A DNA stretch of 64,000 bases from Oikopleura dioica. Taxonomy: Eukaryota; Animalia; Chordata. The position numbers were made by a program, and so were the translations under genes. The stretch is taken from NCBI GenBank assembly GCA_907165135.1, contig OU015567.1, positions 14,694,001 to 14,758,000 of the forward strand. The letters are read 5' to 3'. Positions 52,866 to 64,000 of this stretch are shown piece by piece (positions within the stretch are counted from its first letter, which is position 1; each line of letters opens with the position of its first letter). The notes under the pieces are model-generated. The model worked only from the letters and a program-made list of their open reading frames with translations. It was not told the origin of the DNA and did not search any database.

Positions 52866-55277
52866 ATGTCTCGATTCGTCTCTGTCTTCAAGCTTGCTGA
52901 AATATGCCAGCACTCGGACCCGACGTTACTCTCGATAGTTGACAGCGCCGATGTGAGTTTATACTTTTTATCGAAGCTCGACGAGAGCAGGAGATGGATT
53001 TGTACCTTCCAGGTTCGTCAAAGTCCACTTGTTCTTCTTTTATTTTGAATTTTCAAAAGAGCGCTTCACTTTTTGTCTACGCCACTTCGGCCCGCTGCCG
53101 TTACAGATTCGCAATTCTCAACAGAAACATAAATTACATACCTTCAATTGTAAGTGTCAAAAATACAGGGCTCGGCAACCTGAGTCAGGGTCTGAACTAT
53201 TATTTCATTATCTTTCTTACGCCTAAGAATCTTTCAGGCCCTGACTCAGGTTCCCTACACAGCCTTCTGTTAACTTTTGACTGTAGGACAGAGTAATCAA
53301 CAACGATATTGTCTGGGAAGATGTCTCAAGCAAACTAAAAATAAGCGCCGAAAATATTGAGCACACTGGCTTTTTCAGCTACGAATCAGGTATTTTTTTC
53401 TTTACTTCTGCTTTAACAGGTTTTTTTTTATACTGACGCAAATTGGTGGAGCGTTTTTGAATACCTTCCACTCAACATTTTTCATTTCTCTCTTTTGGAG
53501 AGTAATGTAGAGTGTCTGTAGTATGTTAAATAAGCTTTTGGTGTCATTTGCACCATTGGTGGTGGAGATATGACGTCATCAATCTCGAGGTCGCTTTTCA
53601 TAATGCATTTTGATGACGTCATTACTCCACCACCAGAAAAGCTATCAACACCAAAACTATTCAAATCACGTAACTAACCTCTTAGCTACATCGTGCAAGT
53701 TACAGCATTTTAATATCTCAACCCAGTCAAAAGTTACAAGAGTCCTGCATCAGTATAAAAAAAATCCTGTTTTTATTAATTAATTTTCTTATCCAGAAAG
53801 AGCTAATCAGACGGATCGTGGGATGGCCTTTGCGAAGAAAACTGATTGCCAAAGAATCTACTCTCTCATTCTCAGACTAAAATACATCGTCAGCCCGGGC
53901 CCGATACTTTCATTTCCTAATCGCCATGAGAACAGAACGAGCAGGGAAGATCACGAAATGAGAGCAGTCCGCGAACTCTGTGAGAAGAAAGAGAAATCAC
54001 AGAGTACAACATTCCGTGAGAGCAGATATTCAAAAGATAAAGAGACGACGAAGAAGAAGCAACTGCGTCCCAGCTCGCCCGTCCATCGAAAACCAAGTCC
54101 ACAGCGTAAACAAAAAGAAAACCGGGGCGGGAACTATCCTCTTCACAAACTAGTCAGCACGGGGTCGAAAAACAGGACCAACTCGAAGGAATCATTTCAA
54201 TCCGACAGCGAGAGCGAGACAGAGCCTCAAGCCAAAATCGAACAAAAAAGCAACTTTGAAAAAAGTGAACCTAAAAATGATGACAGCGCGAGAATACAGT
54301 TCGCCAATCTCCTCCAAAAGCTCAACAAGGGAGTTGATAAAAAAAGAAAGATGAACGAAACAACGAAGATTCCAGACCTGGTAAGAGCCATACCAACCCC
54401 TTCACTTCCAAAACTTTGAATTCAGAAAGACTCTGGTATTGAAGTCAGCTCCAGCTCGCCAACGAGTTCTTCCAGATCCTCGTTATCCTCCAAAAAGGAC
54501 TCATTCGACAGGACTCCTTCTGTAAGCACCTTTATTCATGCGTTCTTATCTATTCTTTCTTCAGTCGAGGTCTCAAAATCCCCAGAAATGCTATTCTCGT
54601 CTGATCGAAAATCGCCAGTCATCGATATCGAATCTCTCCCTATCCCTTCCATAGATGAAAACAACAACATCGGGAGACAACAGTGCACCTCCTGCCGCTC
54701 CAAAAACAATAGCCCAAGCGACTTGCTTCTCCGAGGGCCTCTCGAGCACGACGTCATCCCTGAAGTCGACGAAAGCTCATTGACTTCTTCTGATGATGGC
54801 TCCGAAATCTTCAACAGTATATTCTCCCAGTCCGAGCTAAAGTTCACGACGGATACATCCTTGCGTGAGAAGATACGAAAAGTATTCTCGACCGAGTCAG
54901 AAGAATCGTCGGACGAGTCTGTCAAGTCTGATTTGTAAGTTTCCTGGTTATTTTCTCTCTTTGAATTCATGTTCTTTAGTTTGGAGGACGAGAGACTTTA
55001 CAAGTTTTCTGGCTCAAAATCAATGACGGACTTGTCTCTCAGGAGCTCAGAATACTATGAAGCTGATGGGAGCTTGTCATGTGACGAATTAATCGACAAA
55101 GAGGTGGCCGTCCCCTCCTACGATGAATTCCTTGGGGTTCTAGGGGACTCCCTGAAGACGGAAGCGTTTTACCGAAAGTTTAGGTAACCTGACATTCTAT
55201 GATGAAAAATTTTTAATCAGTTCAGAAATGAATTTCTAGTCAACAGTTTGTTAACCGGAAGAAGATTGTATCTGTGA
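52866..55277 (+). CDS. Divergent DCP1-like protein (EVH1-type N-terminus, long charged/Ser-rich middle, short helical C-terminus)
   Basis: LAEICQHSDPTLLSIVD, SLFVYATSARCRYRFAILNR and KTDCQRIYSLI resemble DCP1 LAALKQHDPYITSIAD, TLFVYRRSASPYHGFTIVNR and KNDCHRIAKLM. Confidence 0.55.
53177..53252. repeat. Minimal member of the CCTGAGTCAGG palindromic family (intronic)
   Basis: AACCTGAGTCAGGG.CTGAA ... TTCAG.CCCTGACTCAGGTT. Confidence 0.7.
53557..53635. other. 79-nt intronic hairpin with a TGACGTCA in each arm
   Basis: TGGTGGTGGAG-ata-TGACGTCATCAA pairs with TTGATGACGTCA-tta-CTCCACCACCA. Confidence 0.6.
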
Positions 55278-55409
55278 CGAAAGAGGGAAGTTGAAATTCT
55301 CCAATTTGTAAAAATTATTCTTACTGCCAACAGATGATGAATTAAAAATCAGAAAGCATCAATTGACAATTGTTTCATGTGTCGTTTTCCATCAAGTTTT
55401 GTAGAAGGG

Positions 55410-56242
55410 ATGAGTAAAGGAGAGATTCCGCAGTTGGACGCTGCCGCACGGGTAATTCAACGAGCGTGGAGGCGATTTACCAACATGGAACCGTACAAGT
55501 GGTGCCGAAATATGCTTTTCCACGCGCAGAACAGTGGCAACCCGCAGGACATTCTTAGGCTCGTCTCTCCACACGATACTCGTGAGGGCGATTTCTGATA
55601 AGTTCCAAATTAACTGGCGAGCTTTAGAATTAGCTGATCACGCAACTGGGGTACGTCTGCGCCTACGCCTCGGGGTCCACTCGGATCAAGACGGCGAGAA
55701 ACTCGCCGTGTTCTACAAGGTCTTTACGATGCGAACTGTTGTGGATATTTGCTCGATGAGCCCGAAAGTGTACAGCGCGGAGCCGATTTTCAGAAACAAG
55801 CTGCGCTCCAATGCGCCCCAGAATACCCAAGGATACGTGCGAAAGGAAAATAATGGCTGGGTATGGTCCGAGACTCGTTTTTGTATCGTTAGACGTCTCC
55901 TTTAGCGAGTTGTGGCCTGGGATTCGCTGCTGACGCATTCGCTTACCTCGAGAAAAGATGATTTCATTTCTTTCTTCCACCATGATCCCAAAGGAAGAGA
56001 TTTCATGAGCGATAAAACAGAATATAGAAAAGCAGCTTGAAATCCCGGTCGAAGCGCGAAAAGACCTTGAGAGACTGAAGAAAAAGCTCACGCATCGACG
56101 ATGGCTTCGCGCGATCGCCGACGATCCAGAAAACATCTCTGAAGATAATGATATTGACGAGCTCATTAAATGGGCCGAGGTGCTCGACGTTGACCAATAC
56201 AAGGATAACTGGACGAATCTTGTCACCTTGCCAAGCTTATAA
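55410..56242 (+). CDS. C11orf65/MFI-like IQ-motif protein
   Basis: AARVIQRAWRRF (IQ), GVRLRLRLG...VFYKVFTMRTVVDICSMSPKVY, KENNGW and DELIKWAEVLDVDQYKDNW resemble C11orf65. Confidence 0.75.
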
Positions 56243-56358
56243 AACAAAAAAGAGAGTTTTTCTCTGTTCCGTTTTTCTTGCCCGAGCTGATTTTCCGTTT
56301 ATTACACCAGATTTTATTTTCGTAAAAAATAAAAAGTTGAAATAAATTTCATCAGATA

Positions 56359-58590
56359 ATGGAATCGCCCGATACAGAAGGAATCGTTAATCAAGCGTTT
56401 GAAAGAGCACTTGACAATAATGAACGAGAGGTTGATTCAAGAACAGATCAAGGTAACTTTCTCAAATATTTTTTCAAACTATGTCGCCCGTGTGAATAAA
56501 GGGTTGAACTCCGCGGGACACAGGGGTGGATATTTTGAAATCAACCATTATTCCATTTTATTCTAGAGCAAATTTGGCTCGATGAATCGGCTTGAAATTT
56601 CGCATGTTATCATTTTTTATATATTCGAATTAGTCCCTTAATTTTCAGACTGATTCATCAAGCCAGTTTTGCTCTGGAAAAAATGGAATAATGATTTGAT
56701 TTCAAATTATCCACCCCTGGCGGGACAGCTGATCGTTTTTCTTCGCGGGGTACCGATTTTCTTCAATAATCAGGAGAAAAAAATTGAAAAAATGAAATAT
56801 ATTTTTGGTCTTTGGCGTGATTATGAGTTTGATTACGATAAATTTGGTGTTTACAAGGTTATGGAGAATTTTGTGTGATTTTCTTTTCAGATATCTTGGA
56901 ATCAACAGAGCGAACTCCTCTGATAACCTCCGGTGCACTGTATACTCCCCGCGACATCCTCAGTTCTTCAACAACTCAACGATCGTGGCGCAACACAAAT
57001 TCCTACATCGCCCGTCTCGCCTATTACTCCAATTTACGTCTCCCTGAGAATGCACTTGCCGTTCCGCCACACGTCGCTGCGCAGTATCTCGTTCTTCCTC
57101 AGTCGCAAAAGTTGAAAGAAGGTGGCCGTCAGAGTTCGTTAGTGACGATTTTCGCAATTTGGAACACGATGATGGGCACATCGATGCTTTCAATGGCCTG
57201 GGGGTTGCAGCAGTCTGGATTTATCCTTGGAATAGGTAAAACATCGTCGAAGAAATAATACTTAGTGATGAAATTAAGGACTGATGATCGGAATGGGCCT
57301 TGTTTGCTGTTACACGGCGAACAGAATCGTCCGCGCTCAGTATCACGCACCCAGAGGAGTCGTTATTTTCGAATTTCCAGACATTTGTCGCGTTTTCCTG
57401 GGCAAGTGGGCGGAAACGACCGCAGGTGTTTTCGGTCTGTTGACCTTCTTCGGCGCTATGATGGTTTATTGGACACTCTTGAGCACTTTCTTGCTCAATA
57501 TTGGCGAGTTTATTCATATCCAAGCGACGACGAACGAGACCATCGAGTTTTTGACGAAAGATGTTCTTTGCTCGCAAAGTATCCAGGCGTCTGGAAATGT
57601 CACGGAGTTCGAAAAGTATTGGAACAGTAAGACAGTGCCTCTTTACCTCATTGTTCTTATCATGCCGCTGTTGAATATGAAGGATGCCGTCGTATTTACG
57701 AAGTTCAACAGCTTGGGGACCATTTCTGTCGCGTTTATTACTGTTCTTACAATTGTCAAGGTAACCAAATTGACCAGATAAGCGGGGAATCATCTAATTA
57801 ACAATTAGATTTCTTTGTGGGGTGTCAACTGGTCCAACGATCCACTGAGTGTGCACTACGTCGAACTAGCTTCTGTAAAATTTCCAAGTCTTATGGGCAT
57901 GCTTTGCCTCGCCTACAGCATCCACTCGGCCATCATTACACTTTTGAAGAACAACGCAAGACAAGAGAACAACTCGCGTGACCTGGCCATTGGCTTCTCC
58001 CTCGTCGGACTCACTTACACATTCGTCGGGACAATGGTCTTCATCAGTTTTCCACTCTCGAAGGACTGCATCGACCAAAATTTTATCAAAAACTTGACGA
58101 GTTACGATGGAATGGCAATTATCGCGCGCTTCTTTCTCTTTCTTCAAATGAGCACCGTCTTCCCACTTCTGGCCTTTCTCTTCAGGGTTAATTTTTTGTA
58201 CGTCATCTTCAAGATGCAAGATTTCCCTGGCTACGCGAAAGTCATTGCCTTGAACTTGATTACGATCGGAATCTGCGCCACGATTGCCATCGTCTATCCA
58301 AATGTGAGTATTCTACATTCAAGCGTATTATTAATTTATATTCAAGGTTGGCGACATTATTGGCTGGTCCGGCGCCATTTCCGGCCTCGTTTATGTTTTC
58401 CTTCTACCTTGCTTGGTAAGTCTCGTTTTTTTTATAAATTTCTGGTAATTATTTTTACTTCCAGGTCAATATCGCCATTCGAAAAATGCGACGAATTATC
58501 ACTCCAAAATATTACATTCTGCAATATTCTCTTATTTTCCTTGGAATCTTTATTCTTGGTGCGAAAATCGTCACCGCTGTTACTGGATAA
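56359..58590 (+). CDS. SLC38A9: Lysosomal amino acid transporter / Ragulator-Rag sensor
   Basis: RLAYYSNLRLPENALAVPPHV, SSLVTIFAIWNTMMGTSMLSMAWG, EFPDICRVFLG, LAYSIHSAIITLLKNN and CIDQNFI. Confidence 0.92.
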
Positions 58591-58844
58591 ATTCTACATG
58601 AAATCAAAAGCCCTATAATTTTATCATCTAAATCCACCGATTGCCTTCACAATTTCTCATTTTCTGTATTTTGTTACCTTGCAAAGCTATTCTCAATCAT
58701 TTCTAAATCGGAAATTATCGATATTGTTCTATCTCTTCCACTGTAAAAATATTTGATAAATAAAGTTTTCACTTCATGAAGATTTATCTAAAGTGGCCTT
58801 TTTGAAGATTGATTTGCAACATTACTGGAATGTTTTGAATTCAA

Positions 58845-60145
58845 ATGAGCAACTGGGAAGATTTAAGACGCGAAGCAGAATTTTTTTACAAAGGTTAGTT
58901 TTTCTTCATTACAGTAGCTAACCTTTGATCGTTCAGAATACGAAGCGCTAGAGGTCCTCGGCAGGGGACTTTCTTCAGTCGTACGCCGCTGCCGCCATCG
59001 CGAAAATGGCCAAGAGTACGCAGTTAAAATCATCGACCTACTTCAGGAAGAGTCGCCAAACACGGCCGAGATTCAAAACGAAATAGCGCTACTAAAAGAA
59101 TTTGCGGGCGTCGATTATGTAATCCACTTATTCGACGTGTACCAAACTGAAACTTACGTCTTTATGGTTTTTGAGCTTATGAAGGTAATATTCTGTCCAC
59201 CGTCTTAAAAAATAATTATTTTTAAGTGTGAGCTATTTGAGTACTTGAATAAAGTTCAACGAATGCAAGAGAAGACAGTCAAATCCGTGATGAAGCAACT
59301 ACTTCTCGCCGTCAACGAGCTCCACTCAAAAGACATCATTCATCGAGATATCAAATTGGTAAGAGAAAGTGTCATATTTTTGATCCTACCGTTTATTTAG
59401 GAGAACGTGTTGATTGATGATAATCTGGACGTAAAATTGACTGATTTCGGTTTTGCACTGCGAATTTCGCCGGCCGAACACCTGCGAACATTATGCGGAA
59501 CGCCGGCGTACATGGCCCCTGAAATGCTTCAGTGTGCTTGCGACAAGCGATCGCCGGGCTACTCGTTTGAAGCTGACGTTTGGTCTTGTGGCGTGCTGCT
59601 TGCGACGCTGTTGTCCGGTTCCTCGCCATTTTACCACAGAAGAGAGTTGATCATGTTGAGATTGATCATGGCCGCAAAGTATTCTGTTGAGGGGCCAGAG
59701 TGGGACCACGTTCAGGCACCGGCGAAAGATCTTGTCAAGAAGATGCTAGTCAAAGAGCCGATAGAGCGGATTTCAATAGAGAAGGCGCTAGGTAAGAGAA
59801 CTTTCTTTGCGACTCGGAATGATCAATCTTGTAGCTCATCCTTGGTTCGATGAAGTCATTGAGGAAGAGCCGGCTGTTGAGGACGAGGCCGCTGCTGCGC
59901 GACGGAAGATGCTCCTTGGCAAATTCAAAACCGCTGTTCTAGTGATAATGGCAACCAATTACCTGCAAAAACTCCCCATGAGTATTGAAAACATGAAAAA
60001 GAATCCATACGCCACGCGCAAGGTCCAACAGGACATGGACAGCATAGCCTTTAAAATTTACGGCCACTGGGTCAAGCGAAACACCGGCCAGGATCGAGCA
60101 GCCCTCTATCAGCAAAACTGTCACAGTTCGAAAAAGCCTCGATAG
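58845..60145 (+). CDS. PHKG: Phosphorylase kinase catalytic gamma subunit
   Basis: EVLGRGLSSVVRRC, IIHRDIKLENVL, DFGFA...LRTLCGTPAYMAPEMLQC, PFYHRRELIMLRLIM and NPYATRKVQQDMDSIAFKIYGHWVKR. Confidence 0.88.
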
Positions 60146-60593
60146 AGCTTCCTAAATCTTCTTTTCCTATTTTGTGTTCTTAGCATTTTATCAATTTATT
60201 AATCACGAGTTTTATGTTAATGTTTAATATTGAATGCGTTTGTTACTTTTATGCGTGCTCCATTCATTTTAACCTTCTATCTGTGATTGTTTGCGTATTG
60301 TCTGTTTATATATATTTTTTCTTTCCCAAGTGCACCTATTGCTTCAGTTAAAAAATTCTAGTTTTCTTGAAGTATAAAAAAGAGTTGTCCCTCCAAAGTT
60401 CCGCCGTTTAGGTTATCAAAAACGAATTTTAAAATCATCAAATTTATGTTTTATGTTTTTGTTTTTACTCAGTTTCATCCTTATCAGTTCGATTCAACAA
60501 ATACCGATACATCTCAGTTTTGCAAGGTGTCTTACTAAACTTTCTACAAGAAAACGATCGATCTTTGAAGCTAACTTTGAAAACTTTCAGAGA

Positions 60594-61512
60594 ATGCCAC
60601 AGAACGAACATATAGAGCAGCACATCAGGCGGCACGGTCGCCGTCTGAATTACCTCGAAAAGAAGCGAAAGAAGGAAGGAAGAGCTGCTCATGATCGTTC
60701 TAAGAAAGCGAAGAAAATGATCGGACTCAAGGCAAAACTTTACAACAAAGAGCGAAGAAAGGAAAAGATCGAAATGAAGAAGAAAATCCTCATGCACGAG
60801 AAGCGCGATACCAAGGTAAGAACACGCGTTTTGACCGTTCTTTCATCGTTTTCAAGCAAAAAGCCGAAGAGACTCAAGAAGGCGCTATGCCTCACTATCT
60901 TCTTGATCGTGAGAATCAGCAGAGAGCGAAAGTTCTCTCCAATATGGTCAAACAGAAGCGAAAGGAGAAAGCTGGCAAATGGGATGTTCCCCTTCCCAAA
61001 GGTAATATCTATCCAAAATCTCGGCATTCTTTCGACTCTTTCTTTCAGTTCGAGCGCAGGCCGAAGCCGAAGTCTTCAAAATGATGACGTCGGGTAAACG
61101 AAAGAAGAAAGCGTGGAAACGAATGGTCACCAAAGTCTGCTTCGTTCCTGAGGATTTCACCCGAAAGAACCCAAAATATGAACGATTCATTCGCCCGATG
61201 GCGATGCGATTCAAGAAAGCGCATGTCACACATCCAGAGCTCAAGGTATCAAAATCAATAATAAATAACTCGTCTTTCAAAAAACATCTCTTCAAGGCGA
61301 CCTTTTGTTTACCAATCATCGGTGTCAAGAAGAATCCATCCTCCCCAATGTTTACTAGCTTGGGCGTGATCACAAAGGGTACTGTCCTCGAAGTTAACAT
61401 CTCCGAGCTCGGTCTGGTCACACAGGGCGGTAAAGTCGTCTGGGGCAAGTATGCTCAGGTCACGAATAATCCAGAGAACGACGGTTGTATTAACGCTGTG
61501 CTACTCGTATAA
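60594..61512 (+). CDS. NSA2: 60S ribosome biogenesis protein NSA2
   Basis: [20 protein letters not shown] ... [11 protein letters not shown] ... [22 protein letters not shown]. Confidence 0.98.
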
Positions 61513-61580
61513 ATAAACGTGTACATTGCATTGCCTCAATTTCTCTTTGATTTCTTTTTTCAACGAGCTTTTTTCTTAGA

Positions 61581-62374
61581 ATGGTTCAATTAACGATGAT
61601 TGCGAGAACCTCGGACGGGCTGCCGTTGACAGCCTCGCTCCAGGACGAAAACCTGACAGATTATCAGACTCGAGCAAAACAAATTTTTCGAAAACTAAAT
61701 CACGCATCCGCTCCAAAACTCGCCATCGAGCACAATAACATGATCTTTTACTATCAAATTGACAAGGTAAAACCCTCATCAAGTTTCTCTTTTCATCCTT
61801 TTTTTTAGGGAGTGTGCTATTTATGTCTCTGCGAAAGAAACTTTTCAAAGAAGCTTGCCTTCGCATACCTTGATGATCTGCAGTCCGAGTTTTACGTTCA
61901 GTACGGGAATCGAATCGACAAGGTCACCCGTCCATATCACTTCATGTATGCTCAGACGAAAAACTTTTTCTTAAAAATTCTAGTGAGTTCGACACTTACA
62001 TCCAAAAAGCGAAAAAATCCATTCTCGATACTCGAAACCACTCGGCCTTGAAAAACGTCGCCAACGAGCTCCAAGATGTCCAGAAAATTATGGGTAACTC
62101 AGTTACTAACTGGAAGTTGGTTTCGCAAGCTTATCATTTCTAGTCGCAAATTTGGACGAAGTCCTCGCCCGTGGAACGAGCTTAGACGTGATTCAAAGCA
62201 AATCTTCCAACCTCTTGAGCTACTCGCAGCAATACCGAGACGAAGCAAAACAGCTCAATAGGAAATCAAAGTAAGCCCCCAATTTCATCGCGTTTTCCTA
62301 AACTCTTTAGTCTAATCAAAGTCGGCGGCGCTCTGACCTTCATCCTCTGGATCGTCTGGTACTTTATCCTATAA
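61581..62374 (+). CDS. SEC22B: Longin R-SNARE SEC22
   Basis: [36 protein letters not shown]...[35 protein letters not shown] and a C-terminal TM. Confidence 0.93.
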
Positions 62375-62738
62375 ACAAGTTCCCTCTTTCGAATTTCCTT
62401 CCGCAACACATTCATTTTTGAACAAAATATTGTGGCTGAGTAGTCGGCATTCACTGTGCAATACCATAATCTCGTCTAAGTTATCTAACCTTCATACTGT
62501 AATAAGAATATTCTAGCGAATAAATGACTAAAACATGCGTCAGGTTAGGCTTTTGTGATGCGCACTCGATCCTAGTGATAATTTATTTCTTCTTCTGCTA
62601 AATTCATATTTTACTGAAACAGTTTCGTCGTTGCTTATTCTGTGTGCGACCATTGGGTGTAATTATCATCAACCTTACCTGATAATGAATAGTAAAATTA
62701 TAATTCTAAGCGGCTTTGCTCCTTTAATTTTTTTATAG

Positions 62739-64000
62739 ATGGTGTTCCGGGCGAACTTGAATCCGAATCGTTCAGACATCCAAATCGGTAAAGACTACCA
62801 AGCAGAAATACCAGAAATACTGGACTTCGACGAGGACTGTTTTGAAATAGAAACTAGTCAGCTTTTATGGGACCCAAAGGAAAACACACTCACTGAGGAA
62901 ACTTTCAACACATATCTCGAATATGCGGCGACTAAAAATTACAACGAGTTCCAAGCGCTTTGTTTGCTGCATAATACAAAGATGGATACACAAAGAGCTG
63001 TGTTTTTGATGGATTCTTATGAGCCGGTAGGGTAAGTTCCTTCTCTTGCTTTACCTGGCTAAAAACCTTTATATTCAGGCCGATGGATAAATGGACACAG
63101 CAAGAAGCAAGCTTGTTCAAGTCGGCCTATGCACAAGTCGGAAAGAATTTTTCCTCTATGAAGAGCCTCTTCTATAACAAAACAGTCAACGAGCTAGTCG
63201 AGTTGTACTATCATTTGAAAGCAACGAAACAAGTCATTTCGCCAAAAGAGACAGCGAAGAAAACGACAGTATTTCCAGGTAAAGTCAATTTCGTTCTTTC
63301 AATAAATTTCTGTTTCATTAGAAGCTGTTTTGGGGAAAGCAAAGACAAATAGTTCGGACTCATTTACTCTCGAACTGGAAGAACTTGGAGAGAGAATAGG
63401 TAAGCTGGATTATTTGAGCGAAAAATGGTAGTGTTTCAGTGAATTCTGGGACAGAAGTTAATCTCGAGAAATTTGATGAGTCTGATGAAATCGTTGAGCG
63501 GAAAAAAGAAATTATCGATACCAACAAGCGAATAATGGCGATAAAAGAAACATATCTTGCGCTGAAAGAAACGAAGGACTTGGTTCTTGAGACAGCCTTG
63601 AAAGACAACGGTTCTTTGATAAGAGATAAACATGGCGAGCTTGCTGTCAAGTAAGAAAAAAATTACTGAAAATAGTTGAGTTTAAACTTTTCAGAGAAGA
63701 TAAGCAAGTGATCAATACAATTCGCTGGGAGCACAGCGAAGTTGAGTGTCTCCGAAAAGGCCTGGCTGATTTTGGTCGAGATTGGGAGACGCTCGCGCGC
63801 ATTGTCAAAAGCAAAAAGTCATCCCAACTGAAAAATTTCTTCGAGCAGCAATATGAAAAGCTCAATTTGATTGAAGATTATCGCAAATTTTTGAGATCAG
63901 AAAATGGAAGTGACAGAGAGATCATCGCGGGCGACTCTGGTGGAGCTGCCTCTCCACCAAGAACGCATCAGAATTCCGGCGACGAATTTGTCCCATCGGC
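62739..64000 (+). CDS. ELM2-SANT-SANT corepressor (CoREST/RCOR-like), 3' truncated by the window edge
   Basis: IQIGKDYQAEIP...LLWDP (ELM2), WTQQEASLFKSAYAQVGKNF (SANT1), a coiled linker, then RWEHSEVECLRKGLADFGRDWETLARIVKSK...LKNFF (SANT2). Confidence 0.75.

Overview
Gene-dense, intron-rich animal nuclear DNA with mostly very short (about 35-70 nt) introns, GA-AG/GC-AG non-canonical introns, AG acceptors just upstream of many start codons and runs of closely spaced co-oriented genes. This combination points to the larvacean tunicate Oikopleura (inference, no search run). About 25 protein-coding genes are recognisable by eye: J-like protein, ERICH3-like, XPR1, NUDT2, a class I PDE, a Cys-rich/kelch-like protein, an EGF-ZP protein, an NPR-C-like receptor, a trypsin-like protease, NOVA, RBBP6, NDUFAF3, METTL1, TOM20-like, GXYLT-like, UAP1, DCP1-like, C11orf65-like, SLC38A9, PHKG, NSA2, SEC22B and CoREST-like. 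Mobile and repeat DNA: a 2944-bp Mutator-like (MULE) transposon with ~492-bp TIRs, an 8-bp TSD and a broken transposase; a perfect 542-bp foldback; and three members of a CCTGAGTCAGG-cored palindromic family. Best leads for a second look: a GC-rich multi-hairpin 152-nt candidate ncRNA (23938-24089), a cyclase-less natriuretic-peptide-receptor homologue, a NOVA lacking KH3, and a GT8 enzyme that has lost its DxD motif. All gene models and homology calls are manual reads and recalled alignments, and many boundaries are approximate.
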